Source: Eledone cirrhosa (Eukaryota). Taken from it: DNA of 64,000 nt. The stretch covers positions 24,986,001-25,050,000 of the forward strand of contig OZ024740.1 in assembly GCA_964016885.1 (NCBI GenBank). The letters are read 5' to 3'. The notes beneath the pieces are model-generated. The model was not told the DNA's origin. It did not search any database and saw only the letters and a program-made list of their open reading frames with translations. Positions 14,968 to 28,338 of this stretch are shown here, in pieces; positions within the stretch are counted from its first letter, which is position 1, and each line of letters begins with the position of its first letter. The translations under genes and the position numbers were made by a program.

Positions 14968-15242
14968 TGTGTGTATATATATAATGGGAGAGAGAAAGAA
15001 ACTGTTAATGGGAGATAGAGAGGGAAAGTGAGACATGTACATCTAATATATATCAGCTTCAACATTATTATATATATACATACATGTAAATACATATGTA
15101 TACATATATACACAATCATATACACATAAGTACATATATATACCCACAGAAAGGCTGACATATAAATGTCAGCCGTGTGTCAGCAATGGATTCCGCACAT
15201 TATATTACGTCGTTTATTATGAAATTTCCAACTAATCGCCAT

Positions 15243-15590
15243 TCTTCTTCTTCTTCTTCTTCTTCTTCTTCTTCTTCTTCTTCTTCTTCTTCTTCTTCTT
15301 CTTCTTCTTCTTCTCTCCCCTCCTCCTCCTCCTCCTCCTCCTTCTTCTTATTATTCGTCTTCTTCTTCTTCTACTCCTCCTCCTCCTCCTCCTCATTCTT
15401 CTTCTTCTCTCCCCCTCCACCCCCCTTCTTCTTCTTCTTCTTCTTCTTCTTCTTCTTCTTCTTCTTCTTCTTCTTCTTCTTCTTCTTCTTGTCTTCTTCT
15501 TCTTCTTCTTCTTCTTCTTCTTCTTCTTCTTCTTCTTCTTCTTCTTCTTCTTCTTCTTCTTCTTCTTCTTCTTCTTCTTCTTCTTCTTCT
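15243..15590. repeat. Compound (CTT)n/(CCT)n polypyrimidine microsatellite
   Basis: ~350 bp of CTT/CCT runs. Confidence 0.95.
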
Positions 15591-15992
15591 CCCTCCCACA
15601 CCTGTACTTTGAGGGAAATTTAATTAAATATAATATATAAACATCCCAGCAGGCAGCCGTCAAGAGAATATCGCACAACTAATGTGGTCACATGGTCTTA
15701 TACTATACTTGTGTGTGAACGTGTTCTGTCTGTGCACGTGCGTGTATCGGTCTTGCCACCTTATTTGGTGTTACTAATTGTGTGCTTGTTTTGGGGTACA
15801 TACGCATGTGTGTGTATGTATGTCTGTATGTGTGTATGTCTGGGTGTATGTATGTGTTTATGCATGTGTGTATGTGTATGTATGTGTTTATGTATGTATG
15901 TACGTATGTAGGTACGTACGCTAACTGTATGAATACCCTAACTTGTCGTTCTCTCTCTTTATGTGTCTATATGTATATATATAGGAAAATGT

Positions 15993-16032
15993 TTGACCCC
16001 CGACGGCAGAGCTCAAGCCGTTTCGACGGCTA
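15993..16032 (-). mobile_element. Single-arm fragment of the PLE terminal repeat (HHR family C variant)
   Basis: GACCCCCGACGGCAGAGCTCAAGCCGTTTCGACGGCTA matches the arms at 19.35, 42.9, 43.9 and 48.65 kb. Confidence 0.75.
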
Positions 16033-16071
16033 TATCTGAACTTATAAATAGATATATACATATATAAATAG

Positions 16072-16157
<86 letters not shown>

Positions 16158-16867
16158 ACGGAGAAAGAGACGATTATGAGGAAGAAAAATATATTTTTTT
16201 CCTATTTTGTTTCTCTCTAGATAGAAAATGATTAAAACGAAATGTTTTACTTGGTGTGAAGTGTTAAGGTATTAGTTGATTTATTTATTATTTAACAATG
16301 GCATTTATTTATCTATTTATATATTTAATTATTGTCTATTACCGGTTTCAACATTTATATGCATTATCAAATGATAGTGAAATGTATTAGTGTGGTGTCG
16401 CACATGTTAAACAGAAGGTGCAGAAAGAATAATGTTATATACAAACAAGGTTTAAGAAGAGAAAAGAAAAAGGAAAAAGGAAAAAAAAACGTGCATAATG
16501 TGGAACGTAAAAAGTCAATGTGGAAGAAAAAATAATGTTATTTACAAGCACAGTCATTGAAGTTAAGCAGTTCAAAATGTGTTAATATCGCAAGAGTGCT
16601 TAGTTGAACCATGGTTCCGTGATGGAGGCAAATGGTGGACTGAGGTTTGATATGATTTCCCTTTTTAGAGAGTTAATATGTAGGGGGTAGAAATTCTTGC
16701 TGGTTGATATTTAATTTATTTAAGAAAAAGGATTAGGTAGGGTGCGAGGGAGGTAACTCTTGTAAATGTTTAATGGATTGTTGCAGTTTTAGATTGGTCC
16801 GATTTTTAGGGCATGGAGTAGTGGTTGAAATTTATTAATGAAATGTGTTTCCTTATTGGTATATATA

Positions 16868-16992
<125 letters not shown>

Positions 16993-17078
16993 AATGTGTA
17001 TGTGAATATATATATATATATATATGTATGAATGTGTATGTGAATATATATATATATATATATGTATGTATGTGTATG

Positions 17079-17126
<48 letters not shown>

Positions 17127-18011
17127 CGTGTATGCTTTTGTGCAAAAGACATACTGTTGGTGTGTGCGTTTGCGTTTATTTGTGTAGAAATGTATTACAT
17201 CTCTTTGACATAGCACAGTTTATATACATGTGTATGAGATTGTGTATGGGCAAATATATAAGTGTGTATGTATGTGTGTACATTGATGACAGCTACCGCA
17301 TGTGTTGATTTCACTATTTCGGTATATATATATGTGAACTGATACATATACTTTTATCTCTGTTCATATGCACATGCACCGAATAGTTTCTAAAATTCTG
17401 CAGAGTTATCTAAACTATTTTCACAGTACACTGAAAGCTTGTTGGCAAATATTTCTGTCTTAATACCATTTTGGTTTGCAAAATTAGTACTGAAAAAAGG
17501 AGCTCTGATAATTACTGCAATAATAATGTCCTAATGATTACAGATATGATTCTAAACTTTGTCGTGATTGTTTTTGTAAGGCTTCTATGACTAGATAGAA
17601 AGAAACAACAACTCATGGATGAAATGGCGGTTATATAGAAAAGAAGTGAGAGGATGGTACTAAAGGTCGTCTCCCGTAAAACTGATGGGCTCAGTTAAAA
17701 AATACATAGCAGTCTAGTGGCAGTGGATTATGTCTAAAACATCTGACTGATAAAATGACAAGTCAGTCAATCATATTGGTGGCCTCCCCACAGCCCCGGC
17801 GGACAGAATGGAGAAGGCGTTTCCCGAAGGTCGGCTAGGCTGGGTACACTATTTACAGTGTTCTGTTTAAATCAACACATGGTTTTTCACGTATGCTTAG
17901 CATCTGCCGATTAACTGATCGCTACTTCAGTTCGTTCTTTCCTCTCTCAGATCATTAAATTTGACCACATCTGCCGATCAACTAATCGCTACTTCAGTGC
18001 ATTCTATCTGA

Positions 18012-18069
<58 letters not shown>

Positions 18070-18089
18070 CATTCTATCTGACCATATAT

Positions 18090-18161
<72 letters not shown>

Positions 18162-18164
<3 letters not shown>

Positions 18165-18586
18165 AATGAAGAGTAACATTGTTGGCTGTACAATAAGGGC
18201 TTTATTTAAAGTACTGACAATTGTTTCGTTGATCAGGTGAGTTTAGAGTTCGCTATCGCTTGAGGTTGCGTCATTCGATCTCCAATACATTATTTACCTC
18301 TGTTCAACACATCAGAGTACGTAGATATGAAAGTAATTCACTGGAGGCAAGACTTATATAGACAAATTGATTATACGCTATTTTTCTATATAAGTCTTGC
18401 CTCCAGTGAATTACTTTCATATCTACGTACTCTGATGTGTTGAACAGAGGTAAATAATGTATTGGAGATCGAATGGCGCAACCTCAAGCGATTAGAGAAC
18501 TCTAAACTCACCTGATAAAGGAAACAATTGTCAGTACTTTAAATAAAACCCTTATTGTACAGCCAACAATGTTACTCTTCATTCTT
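18162..18586. mobile_element. ~425-bp palindrome next to (TA)n with HHR motifs on both strands (family B, long stem II)
   Basis: Arms 18162-18362 and 18385-18586 are separated by a ~22-nt loop. The plus arm reads GTACT-CTGATGT(core variant)-~82-nt stem II region-GAAA(18521)-CAATTG-TC/AGTAC. Confidence 0.85.
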
Positions 18587-18734
18587 TAACTATTATTACT
18601 CCAAGTATAACCTGCATAGAAATTACCGCGAACTCGCTGCATAACTATGGAAGCATAGCCGTACGTTAAAACTATCCACGACGCAGAGTACTCACAACCT
18701 CTAACTGCATTACCTATAACGATAACTTGTTATC

Positions 18735-18770
<36 letters not shown>

Positions 18771-19236
18771 GTCTGGCCACCTGTGGCTTGTATGTTAACT
18801 TGACCACTCACCTCAGTCTGTGCCATGATTCGGTCTTGTTAAATGTTAAATTTCTATTACCAACCCACCTAAAAATGTCCCTACTATATATCTGTTGAAT
18901 TACTATTCTTGGGGTTTTTATTTATTTTTATTTTTTTATATTATTTTTTTATTATTTTTTTTTTATTATTTTTTTTTATTTATTATTATTTTTTTTTTTT
19001 AAATTTATTTATTTATTCATTTACCTATCTATTCATTTATTTATTTATTTACTTATTTATTTATTTCAAAAAAGCACTCTGGCTAATTGACCACTCCCCA
19101 AAGAAAAAACGGCCTGTGCCATGATGTGGTCCTGTGTATCTAAATACCATCCCGCCCCCAAAATCTCCCCCCCCCCCACCCACCCCTCCCTTACCAGTAC
19201 CTAAATGTATAAATACCATAACTTAATATGACACCC

Positions 19237-19287
19237 AGCTTCCTGAAGATTTCATCTGAATGAAACAGTACTAGTCCTGTAGAAGCT
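19237..19287 (+). ncRNA. Complete type I hammerhead ribozyme (family D)
   Basis: AGCTTC-CTGAAGA-T-TTCA TC TGAA-T-GAAA-CAG TACTAGTC CTG-TA/GAAGCT gives a perfect 6-bp stem I, an intact core and a GUA cleavage triplet. Confidence 0.85.
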
Positions 19288-19305
19288 CCTTCTATAAAAT
19301 AAAAA

Positions 19306-19680
<375 letters not shown>

Positions 19681-19761
19681 ATATATATATAGTACGTTAT
19701 TCCGGGTTGAATCGGAGGTAACCACAGTAAGTAAGGTACTCAATACATTGCAGAGTATAAC

Positions 19762-19890
19762 AGTTTTAATATAGATGAGATTCTACAGGACTAGAACTGT
19801 TTCATTCTTTAGAAATCATCAGGAATTAGATTCCTGATGATTTCTAAAGAATGAAACAGTTCTAGTCCTGTAGGATCTCATCTATATTAA

Positions 19891-19894
<4 letters not shown>
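19762..19894. mobile_element. 133-bp palindrome of two back-to-back complete hammerheads (family D)
   Basis: The plus HHR at 19829-19877 is GATTC-CTGATGA-T-TTCT AA AGAA-T-GAAA-CAG..CTG-TA/GGATC. A mirror copy lies on the minus strand at ~19779-19826, and (TA)n flanks the unit. Confidence 0.88.
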
Positions 19895-19941
<47 letters not shown>

Positions 19942-19965
19942 TATATGTATATATATAGTAATAAT

Positions 19966-20192
19966 AGTAAATATGAAGATTAAAATCCGAAGGGGGCGCG
20001 ATAAGGATAATAAATATATCAAAATATATAAAACCATAGAACAAATATTTATTAAAATAACAGATTAAAATTTAAGCAAAGAATCGCTGCTTTCACCATT
20101 AACGGGATCGTCTGACAACTCCTGAGTTTCAGAAGATCTCGCTCGTTAAGGATGAAAGCAGCGATGCTTTGCTTAAACTTTAATCTGTTATT
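19966..20192. mobile_element. Imperfect palindromic element (arms ~20056-20192) with a possible HHR 3' half (family E)
   Basis: AATAACAGATTAAA...TTTAATCTGTTATT inverted arms, with GAAA-GCA..TGC-TT at 20154. A deleted second copy lies at ~20427-20562. Confidence 0.6.
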
Positions 20193-20340
20193 ATAATATA
20201 TATATATTAGATGTGAGAAAAACCACAGACCCTCCATCTCAACTCTACTTTTGAAAAGCAGAAGAAATGCGAAACCGGTAAATGAACCAAATAAATATAT
20301 TTTTTCTTTAAATAAGACTCCTGTTGCATTTTCGTTTTCA

Positions 20341-20426
<86 letters not shown>

Positions 20427-20429
<3 letters not shown>

Positions 20430-20562
20430 ATAATAATAAATGTGAAGACTGAAATCCAAAGAGGGCTCGATAAGGATTAATATAGAGCAAATATTTATTG
20501 AAATAACAGATCCCGTTAAGGGTGAAAGCACCGATTCTTTGCTTAAACTTTAATTTGTTATT
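20427..20562. mobile_element. Internally deleted second copy of the family E element
   Basis: Shares GAAGA(T/C)T.AAATCC..GCGATAAGGAT..AAATATTTATT.AAATAACAGAT and CGTTAAGG.TGAAAGCA.CGAT.CTTTGCTTAAACTTTAAT with 19966-20192. Confidence 0.7.
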
Positions 20563-20566
20563 TATA

Positions 20567-20601
<35 letters not shown>

Positions 20602-21583
20602 TCAAAAAGTTATGAAACGAAATGAGCTGTGTGGTTACTAAAAACAAGGTTTAGTGTGGTGATTAGGACAGAACAGGAGGAGAAAGGAAGAAAGGAGTTT
20701 CCATCGTCAGCTGTAAATGTTTCCCGAACCGATGTTTCGGCGCTGAATTACAGGACATCGGTGTAGTTCGGGTGCGCCCGAGGCCTTTTATTAATCAAAA
20801 GGCCACGTGGAAATGGAGAGAGAAAGAGAGAAAACCAGGAGCCAGAAAAGGAAAGAGAAGGAAAGGGGGAAGAACAAGGGGGAAAAAGATGAGGAGAGAG
20901 GAAGCAGGGGAAAAATAGGAAAGGAATAGAAAAAAAAAAGTGTAGAGATCCCATCGTGGGAAGACACAGATGAAAGAAACATGCACAATAGTAACCGTGG
21001 AAAAATAGGGAAAGCAAGTTGTGTCCAACCTGGGAGACTTTAGCCTCGTGGTCAGCTACGTCTCAGAGCTGGTATAATCGTGCTGCCTTTGACATAGACA
21101 AGAGAAAGTGAGAGAGAGCACGGACAACCAAAAGTGAGGAGGAGAAGGAAAAGGGAGATAATCCAGAAGTGTTTCTTTACGACGGTGGTAAAAACGTGCC
21201 GCAAAGATTGCGGACAGAGAGGGCACCACGGCACGTGTAAACATGTCAACAATCAAAACCGAACGTATGGATAGAGAGAGAGAGAGAGGGCGAGAGAAAA
21301 AAACGAGAGTGAGGAGAAGAAGGGAAGAGAGAAGGGAGGGTAGATGCGAAAGTGTGTGGATGGTAATATATATATATATAGTATTAAGGATACTATTTAT
21401 GGTTATGTATATACCAAAACTTTTTATAGTTATATATATTTTAAACTCTAAACAGTGAAAGACAGTAATTTATTACTACCTTATTACCAGTAAGATAAAT
21501 AGCTCGATGTAATAACATCAGTTGCTCTACAGAGCAGTTATAAAGAATTACATGAATCAAAGTTCTGTTCAAACCATTTATTA

Positions 21584-21628
21584 GCTTACAATTGTTTCGT
21601 CCAAACCGAGGTTTGGAGTTTTCGGAGC
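21584..21628 (-). ncRNA. Degenerate type I hammerhead (family F)
   Basis: Minus strand reads GCT-CCGAAAA(2 changes from CTGAAGA)-CTCCAAAC CTCG GTTTGGAC-GAAA-CAATTG-TA/AGC, followed by AATAAA. Confidence 0.55.
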
Positions 21629-22013
21629 AAATTTTCAATGATTGTTTACATACATGACCTCCTTTCCAACACAAGTGACATACAGAAACATATGTATATA
21701 TCGATGCACAGTGGGGTGACATCCATTATAATATTTTAGCATGGCAATTTACATTCAAACATTAAAATCATATTAAAAGAAAACAAAATTAAAGTTAAAA
21801 TACAACATCGGCAGTTTACGAAGATCATGCAAGAGGATAGTTTGAAGTAGTTAGTGTATGCAATAGTTACACGTGGGGCATGCACGTGTGTCTTATTTAT
21901 ATAAGATTTTAGTGCGTCAAGGTTTTATATTCGATACAAGCACTTTAAGCGGGCAATCAAGAGTATTATGGGGGTTGTATTGGTAAAGTATTTTTTATGT
22001 ATGATAAAGAAGC

Positions 22014-22488
22014 TGCAGTTCTGTTCGCATGCCAACATAAGAGCAAGAATGAAGTGTTCATTCTACTGACATAGCTATAAAATTAAGGCTTGTTTAAAAA
22101 ATTGCAAACGAATCGAATGTTATTATTAGTATTCGAAAAACTCAAATTACATTTATTGTATTCAGTCTTGTAGAGCGAAATTTTCTTTTTTATTTAAATT
22201 TGGCAAAGCCGGCCATATATCGCTCGTATACAGGAAACTGACTGACCAGTCTGCTGATATGCACATCTGGCTGATTAGGGGCTCTGCTAATATGTAGATC
22301 TGACTGATCAGCCAGTCCGCTAATATGCAAATCAGGCCGATCAGTCACTGCGTATTTTTGAAAAGAGCTTATATTTTCACTAGCACTGACAGTTTGGCAG
22401 GTGAACAGTGAGCTGTACTGATGAAGGGTGATACCCAGAAACATTAGTGTCTGCAGTTCTGTTCGCATGCCAACACATGAGCAAGAAT
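22014..22488 (+). mobile_element. Retrozyme-like/PLE-like non-coding unit bounded by a 38-bp direct repeat that starts at the HHR cleavage site
   Basis: 22013-22050 matches 22451-22488 at 36 of 38 positions. The HHR lies at 22411-22458, and ~33-bp internal repeats lie at ~22240-22350. Confidence 0.6.
22411..22458 (+). ncRNA. Complete type I hammerhead ribozyme (family G)
   Basis: AGCTGTA-CTGATGA-A-GGGT GAT ACCC-A-GAAA-CAT TA GTG-TC/TGCAGTT gives a 7-bp stem I (2 G-U pairs), a canonical core and a GUC triplet. Confidence 0.85.
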
Positions 22489-22702
22489 AGTGAAAGAATG
22501 GTTGGCTGTACAATAAGGGGCTTTATTTCAGGTATTGACAATTGTTCCTGAGGAGTTGGTCAGAGGTAAATAATGTAATGGAGATCGAGTGACGCAACTG
22601 CAAACGATTAGCGACCTCTAGACTCACCTGATCAATGAAACAATTGTCAATACCTGAAATAAAGCCCCTTGCTGTACAGCCAACCATGTTACTCTCATTC
22701 TT

Positions 22703-22708
<6 letters not shown>
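22489..22708. mobile_element. Second family B element: inverted arms flanking an HHR core with long stem II
   Basis: CTGAGGA(22548)-GTTGGTCAG...CTGATCAAT-GAAA(22637)-CAATTG-TC. The arms are homologous to 18162-18586, and (TA)n follows. Confidence 0.8.
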
Positions 22709-22771
<63 letters not shown>

Positions 22772-23099
22772 ATATATATATACACTCACACATATATATA
22801 TATATGTGTATCAGTGCATTTATATGAGTGTGTGTATGCATGTGTGTGTCCTAGCTGAAATACATCATATAAGGAGACATAAGGCATGTGTGTATCTTAA
22901 AGAAACGACATGATTAACGACGTAATAAATAATTATGATGAAAACAAAAACGTTAATCATTACAATATTATTAATAATAATGTAATAAAGAGAGAAAAAT
23001 ACAAGTGGAATTGCTGGCATAGCTGCGAGAATATATTGTAATTAACATTGATAATATATGACAACGGGGTGACCTTCATCACTTGTTTATGTATTTCCA

Positions 23100-23750
23100 G
23101 ATACAGGCACACACATACATACACAAGCACACACACACACACATACACATACACACCCTTGCACATCCACACACATACACATATAACACATACAGACAGA
23201 CACACACACACACACATACACATACTCACACGTACACACACATACACATGTACACAAACATGCACACACAAACACGTAGGCCCACACAAATAAATACACA
23301 TATAAACACTCACCTCTCATACACATACACACATACACACATAGACGCACACACACAAATACACATATAAACACACTCCTCTCATATATATTTACATATG
23401 CAGACACACGCACACACTCAAACACACATATGAACACACTTCTCTTATATACACTTACACACACACACACAAGCACACATATGAACATACTTCTCTTATA
23501 CACACTTACACACACACAGACACACACACTCAAACACACATATTAACACAACTCTCTTAAACACACTTACACACACATACACACACACTCAAACACATAT
23601 GAACACAACTCTCTTATACACACTTACACAGAGAGAGAGACACACACACACAAACTCAAACACACATATAAACACACTTCTGTTATACAAACATACACAC
23701 ACACAGCCACACGCACTCAAACACATATACACACTTACATACACAGTCCA
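23100..23750. repeat. (CA)-rich degenerate microsatellite/minisatellite
   Basis: CA-rich tract with a recurring ~45-50-bp CACACATATGAACAC..CTCTTATACACACTTAC unit. Confidence 0.8.
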
Positions 23751-23799
23751 CTTTATATTTTTTTCGATCGATTTCGTCAAATCGGACCGAGGAAACAAT

Positions 23800-23973
23800 G
23801 TTTCCGTTGGTCTTTCCAATTGCTAATACTATCTATCGGTCGCAACTCCAGGTAGAAGGAGCAACGTGGAATAAAGTGTCTTGCTGAAGGACATAACGCA
23901 TCGCCTTGTCCAGGAATCGAACTGATAACCTCATGATGGCGAATCCCGTTTTCTAACCACTCAGCCACACGCC
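23800..23973 (-). mobile_element. tRNA-derived CORE-type SINE (family 2)
   Basis: Minus strand has A-box TGGCTGAGTGGTTAG, B-box GTTCGATTCC and a CORE-like TGTCCTTCAGCAAGACACTT. Confidence 0.75.
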
Positions 23974-23985
23974 TTATATATAGAA

Positions 23986-24340
23986 CTAGCAGATTTACCC
24001 GGCGTTGCTCGGGGTTTAAAATTATGCTAAGAATATACAGCTAGGAAGTAAAAGAAGAACATTATTTGTCCCCAACCTGTCAAAATAAGCAGTCTCTTTA
24101 TAAGGATTGTCAATAAAGTTGGTTATGTCAATATAGTTAGTTATTTATTACCGATAATTTTGATATCGATATTTTATTGCTCAACGTCGGTCGATTGGAA
24201 AAGTTTTCTTGCTGTGACCATCTTAGCGACGTGTGCAACTTACACAGACAATTTTGTCAAATTTGGTTGGTAATTGTAGCCTTAGGTACCCAAAGTTGTA
24301 CACAGACACACACACATCCTCGCTTTTATATATATATAGA
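23986..24340 (-). mobile_element. Non-autonomous Helitron
   Basis: Minus strand starts A|TCTATATA and ends with hairpin CCCG-AGCAACGC-CGGG then CTAG|T. It sits at an AT target with no TSD. Confidence 0.75.
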
Positions 24341-24578
24341 TAAAGATATTATTAGTGATTTCGAATGATAGGAAGGCAGCGGGATGTAACATTCACCTGA
24401 GAGACTTGCAGGGAATAAGTTGGAGGAAGACGACATATATATTTGGTGTTGATAACTAATTGCGTGTTGTATTTTATTTTGTTGATAGAAATACCTGAGA
24501 CAGGTTAGTAGGGAGAATGAGAGGTGAGAGGAACAGAAACGATATGGAGAGAGGAATAGGAGGGAAGGGGGGGGGGGG

Positions 24579-24580
<2 letters not shown>

Positions 24581-24638
<58 letters not shown>
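24581..24638. repeat. (TAA)n microsatellite at the 3' end of the L1/Tx1 element
   Basis: Pure TAA run. Confidence 0.95.
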
Positions 24639-24640
<2 letters not shown>

Positions 24641-24887
24641 TTTATTTATTAACCACAAGGGTTTACATAAATTAGACATTAAGGACAGTGCAGGACAATA
24701 CAGGACGGTACAAATGGGCATTTGTGCGTGTAAAAAACAAAAACAGAGGATGTAACAAAAAATAACAATGAAAAATTCCCCAATAGGGGGAGACTTCGGA
24801 GGGACATTTGTAGAGAAAGCCTAGTAAAGAGCCACAATGACCCTGACCACCAAGGCAAGTGCCCTCTCCCAGTTTTCCACCTTTAAT

Positions 24888-27800
24888 TTACAGATAGATA
24901 CTCAGAGTAGGCCCATTCACTCGGGCCATTCTTGCCTCTCTCACCCATCTTTCAACAAAATGCTGGGAAGAGAGAACTTCCCTCTCTACTCTGATTTTCC
25001 TTTTCAAATGAAATTTGAAAAAGTCAATCAGAGCATCACCGAAGAGGTAAGTGGTCGTCTTCAGCCCTTTCAAACGTGTCCACCATACTATCTATTTCGC
25101 CATGGCCACCAGACAGATAAAAACTGCCTGCCCTTCTCGGCTAAAGGAGGAGGGCGGTGCAATCCTCACGATGGACTCAGATGATAGCCGGATCCGTCCT
25201 GAACGCGACAGCAGGTGTTCGACATAAACCCACAAGTCAGCAATTTTCGGATACTGGACGAGTGCGTGCAGGACGGTTTCGTCGTCCTGCGCGCATCTCG
25301 GACATGCCCGGCTGACGGCACCTCCATGCCTGTAGAGTTTATCCCGAACTGGAAAGGCTCCTCGGTAGCACTGCCAGGCCAGAGATTTCTGGAAGTTGTC
25401 CATAGCCCTGGCTCGAAAGTTCTTCCGAAGAGATTGGCTAGTTGATTTTCGTCGACGCCTAGAGTTTCCCCAAGTACGTCGTCACTCTTCCCCTCCACTA
25501 ATCCTCTATAGAACGCCGAGGTGGTGTTTCCACCGATCACATTGCCCGATTGGTCGAGGGCTGTGAGCGCCTGAAGACATTCCAGTCGCCAAGCGCTCCC
25601 TCTCGGTCTTCGCTTGACCCAGGACTGCAGCTCCGTCAAGGAAAAAAGCTGGGGAAATACGTGTCTAGCAAACGGCGACCACACCTGATCACCGTCGGGG
25701 AAGAGGTGGAGTTGTCGTAGCCTGAGCGCGTGCCTGCGCATCATCAGCCACAGCATGCCCAGCCCTCCACGTAGCGGGTGTTGACAACAGATGGACCGCC
25801 TGACCATCGGAGCGCGTCCCTTCCACAAAAAGCGAAAGAGCAAACGCTCCAGCGCAGTCAGGCGAGGCTTAGGACAAGGTACGACGGTCAGGCGGTAGCA
25901 GATGACGGACGCGATGTACGCGTTAGCCACCTCCGCTCGACCTTTCAGGGATAGCTTCCACTCGGCCCATTTCTGGGTGAGTGAAGCCACCCTGCTCGTC
26001 ACCTCGTCCCAGTTTGTGTCCGTCTGGAGGTCCGGACCGAACCAGACCCCTAGCAATTTAACTGGTCCGTCCGTCCAGCGTCCGGCGACGCTGTTGGACG
26101 GCATGGACCTGCCTCTCCAGGTGCCGAGCTGCAGACCCACTGACTTTTCCTGGTTGATCATTGCTCCTATCACCGCTTCGTATTCTTTTAGTGTAGTGCC
26201 GATCGCCTCGATGTGTTTGGCGTTCGACACCACTACTGTGACATCGTCCGCATATGCTGACACGGATCTTCCGCATCCTAGTTCGCGCGGGACGCCCCTC
26301 AACGTCTCCAGTTTGTGCAGTAATGGCTCGAGAGTCAATACGTACAAGAGGGACGAGAGGGGACATTCTTGGCGGACCGAGCGCATGATGTTGAACGGTT
26401 CCGACAGGTGACCGTTCACTCTCACCACAGAGCAGATGTCGCTGTGCATGGCAGCGATCCAGCCTCTGAAGACGGGCCCAAAGCCAGCCGCCCTCAGGAC
26501 TGCCGCTAGGTAACGATGGTCGACCCTATCGAAAGCTTTCGACTGATCTAAATTGATCATGGACCCACCTGTGCCAGGTTCCCTAGCTACCCTCTCTACG
26601 ATGTATCGCATGAGGTTGAGGTTGTTGTGGATGGATCTGTCGGGAATGGCGCATGTCTGCGCCTCTCCCACCAGACCACCAACGACAGGCGCCAACCTCT
26701 TTGCTAGCACCTTGGCCAAAATCTTGAACTCTGTGTTTAGCAGAGTTATGGGCCGGAATTATCTGTTATCCCCCTTGTTCCGATCCTTTCTCAGCAGTGC
26801 CACCGCTCCTCGGCTCACAGAACTGGGAACTCTCCCGTTCTGTTGCCAGTTGCAGTAGACGTCCGCCAAGAGGCCTCCGAACAAGTCTGCCATCTGTACG
26901 TAAAGTTCATAGGGCAGACCTTCCAAACCAGGCGATTTACCCCTTGTGCAGCCAGTCATTGCCTCCCTTACTTCAGCGGCTGTTATCGGCTTTTCGCAAC
27001 ACTTCACCTCAGTGGCCGAGAGCCGCGGCAGTCCGTCGAGGTAGACACTAAAGTCCATCCCTCAATCCGGCCCACCGCTGCCCCCGAACAGCTGAGCGAA
27101 GTGTCGCTGAAAAGCTTCACACATTTTCCCGGGATCGAGTAGCATGCGCCCATGGTGGTCCACCAAAGACCGGATCGTGGCTTTGTTGCCACGACGCGCC
27201 TCCGCCACTCGGGCCCATTGAACGGCTTTCGTCCCCTCGTGTCTGAGGGCACGCACCCTTGCTCTGACAACGCAGCCTTCGTGCTTTGCATTGAAGAATT
27301 GGTCAAGAGCCAATTTCGCCGCAAGCACGTCGGTCGCAATGCCTTTGCTAAGCGCCTCGTCTAATTTTCTAACTAGTTCTCCCTCTGCTCTATTTTTCTC
27401 TATTGCTAAAGCCTTACTAAACCTAATGGATTCTATTCTAATCGCTCTTTTCAGAGCAAACCACCACTTGTTGTTGACGATGGCCCCCGTCAACGCTCGC
27501 TTAACTAGTTCGCTAATCCGGTCTCTGTAGGCCTTGCGCGCTTGTAAGGACGATTTTAGCTTCCAGTAGCCGGGTCCTCGTCTATGAAGCCTATCTAAAT
27601 CAAGCACACAGATCACGAATTTGTGGTCCGTGTAGCTGACTATCTTGAATTGTGGACAGCCTATGCTAGACCTATCTATTTCCCTACAAAATAGTCTATC
27701 TAGATATCATCTGGATGACCCTATGCGATTTGTCCAAGTCCACATTGGCACATTCGGGAAATCCAATCGGTACCTGTCAGACAGTTCAAAACGCCTGAGC

Positions 27801-28303
27801 AGGTTGGTGAGGCTCTTGCACCCTCCACCCCTATCCGCCAATCCCACACAGTCCCAGCGTGCATCTAAGATCCCGTTCCAGTCACCGACTAACACTAAAG
27901 AGCGGGACGTTCCAAGAAAGGTCTCCAGACGCCGGAAGAAATCAGGCCGCCCTGCTCCTGTCGGGGCATAGACGGCCACTAGCCTGAAAGCTTGCCCGTC
28001 TCCGCTGGTCACGTCCAGCACCACCAGCTTACCCTCTGGGTCCAGGAAGATGGCCCGTATGGCGAGATCCAAACCTCTCCGAAAAAGCACAGCAACTCCT
28101 CCCCCCGATCCAGGACGGCTTGGAGATGCGTACACATCGTAGCCGCCAAAGATCGGTGCGAAGGCCCGTGCTTCGGAAATTCTGGTCTCGCTGATGGCCA
28201 CTACATCTATGTTTAGTGACCTGAGGTCGTTGAGCAGGTGACCCTGCTTCCATAACCACCCCAAGCCACGCGCATTTATGCTGCCTATTCTGAGTGAAGT
28301 CAT
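24888..28303 (-). pseudogene. L1/Tx1 ORF2 (APE endonuclease, reverse transcriptase, C-terminal Cys motif), broken by stops and frameshifts
   Basis: Motifs SINARGL, ISETR, GGGVA, VYAP, GDWN, KSPGLEG, DQSKAFDRV, QECPLS, YADD and CPRC..ETVLHAL are spread over several ORF-track fragments. Confidence 0.92.
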
Positions 28304-28338
28304 GTTTAAAATAGAGTGGAAAAGATGGGAAAGACAAC

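Noticed and set aside
17580-18010. Possible exon and short direct repeat (CATCTGCCGAT..ATCGCTACTTCAG x2)
   Set aside because: There is no long open frame or recognisable motif, and the repeat looks like a local duplication.
20620-21350. Purine-rich segment with CTGACGA and GAAAC on the minus strand
   Set aside because: The motifs are in an order and spacing I could not fold into a hammerhead. It is probably an unclassified repeat.
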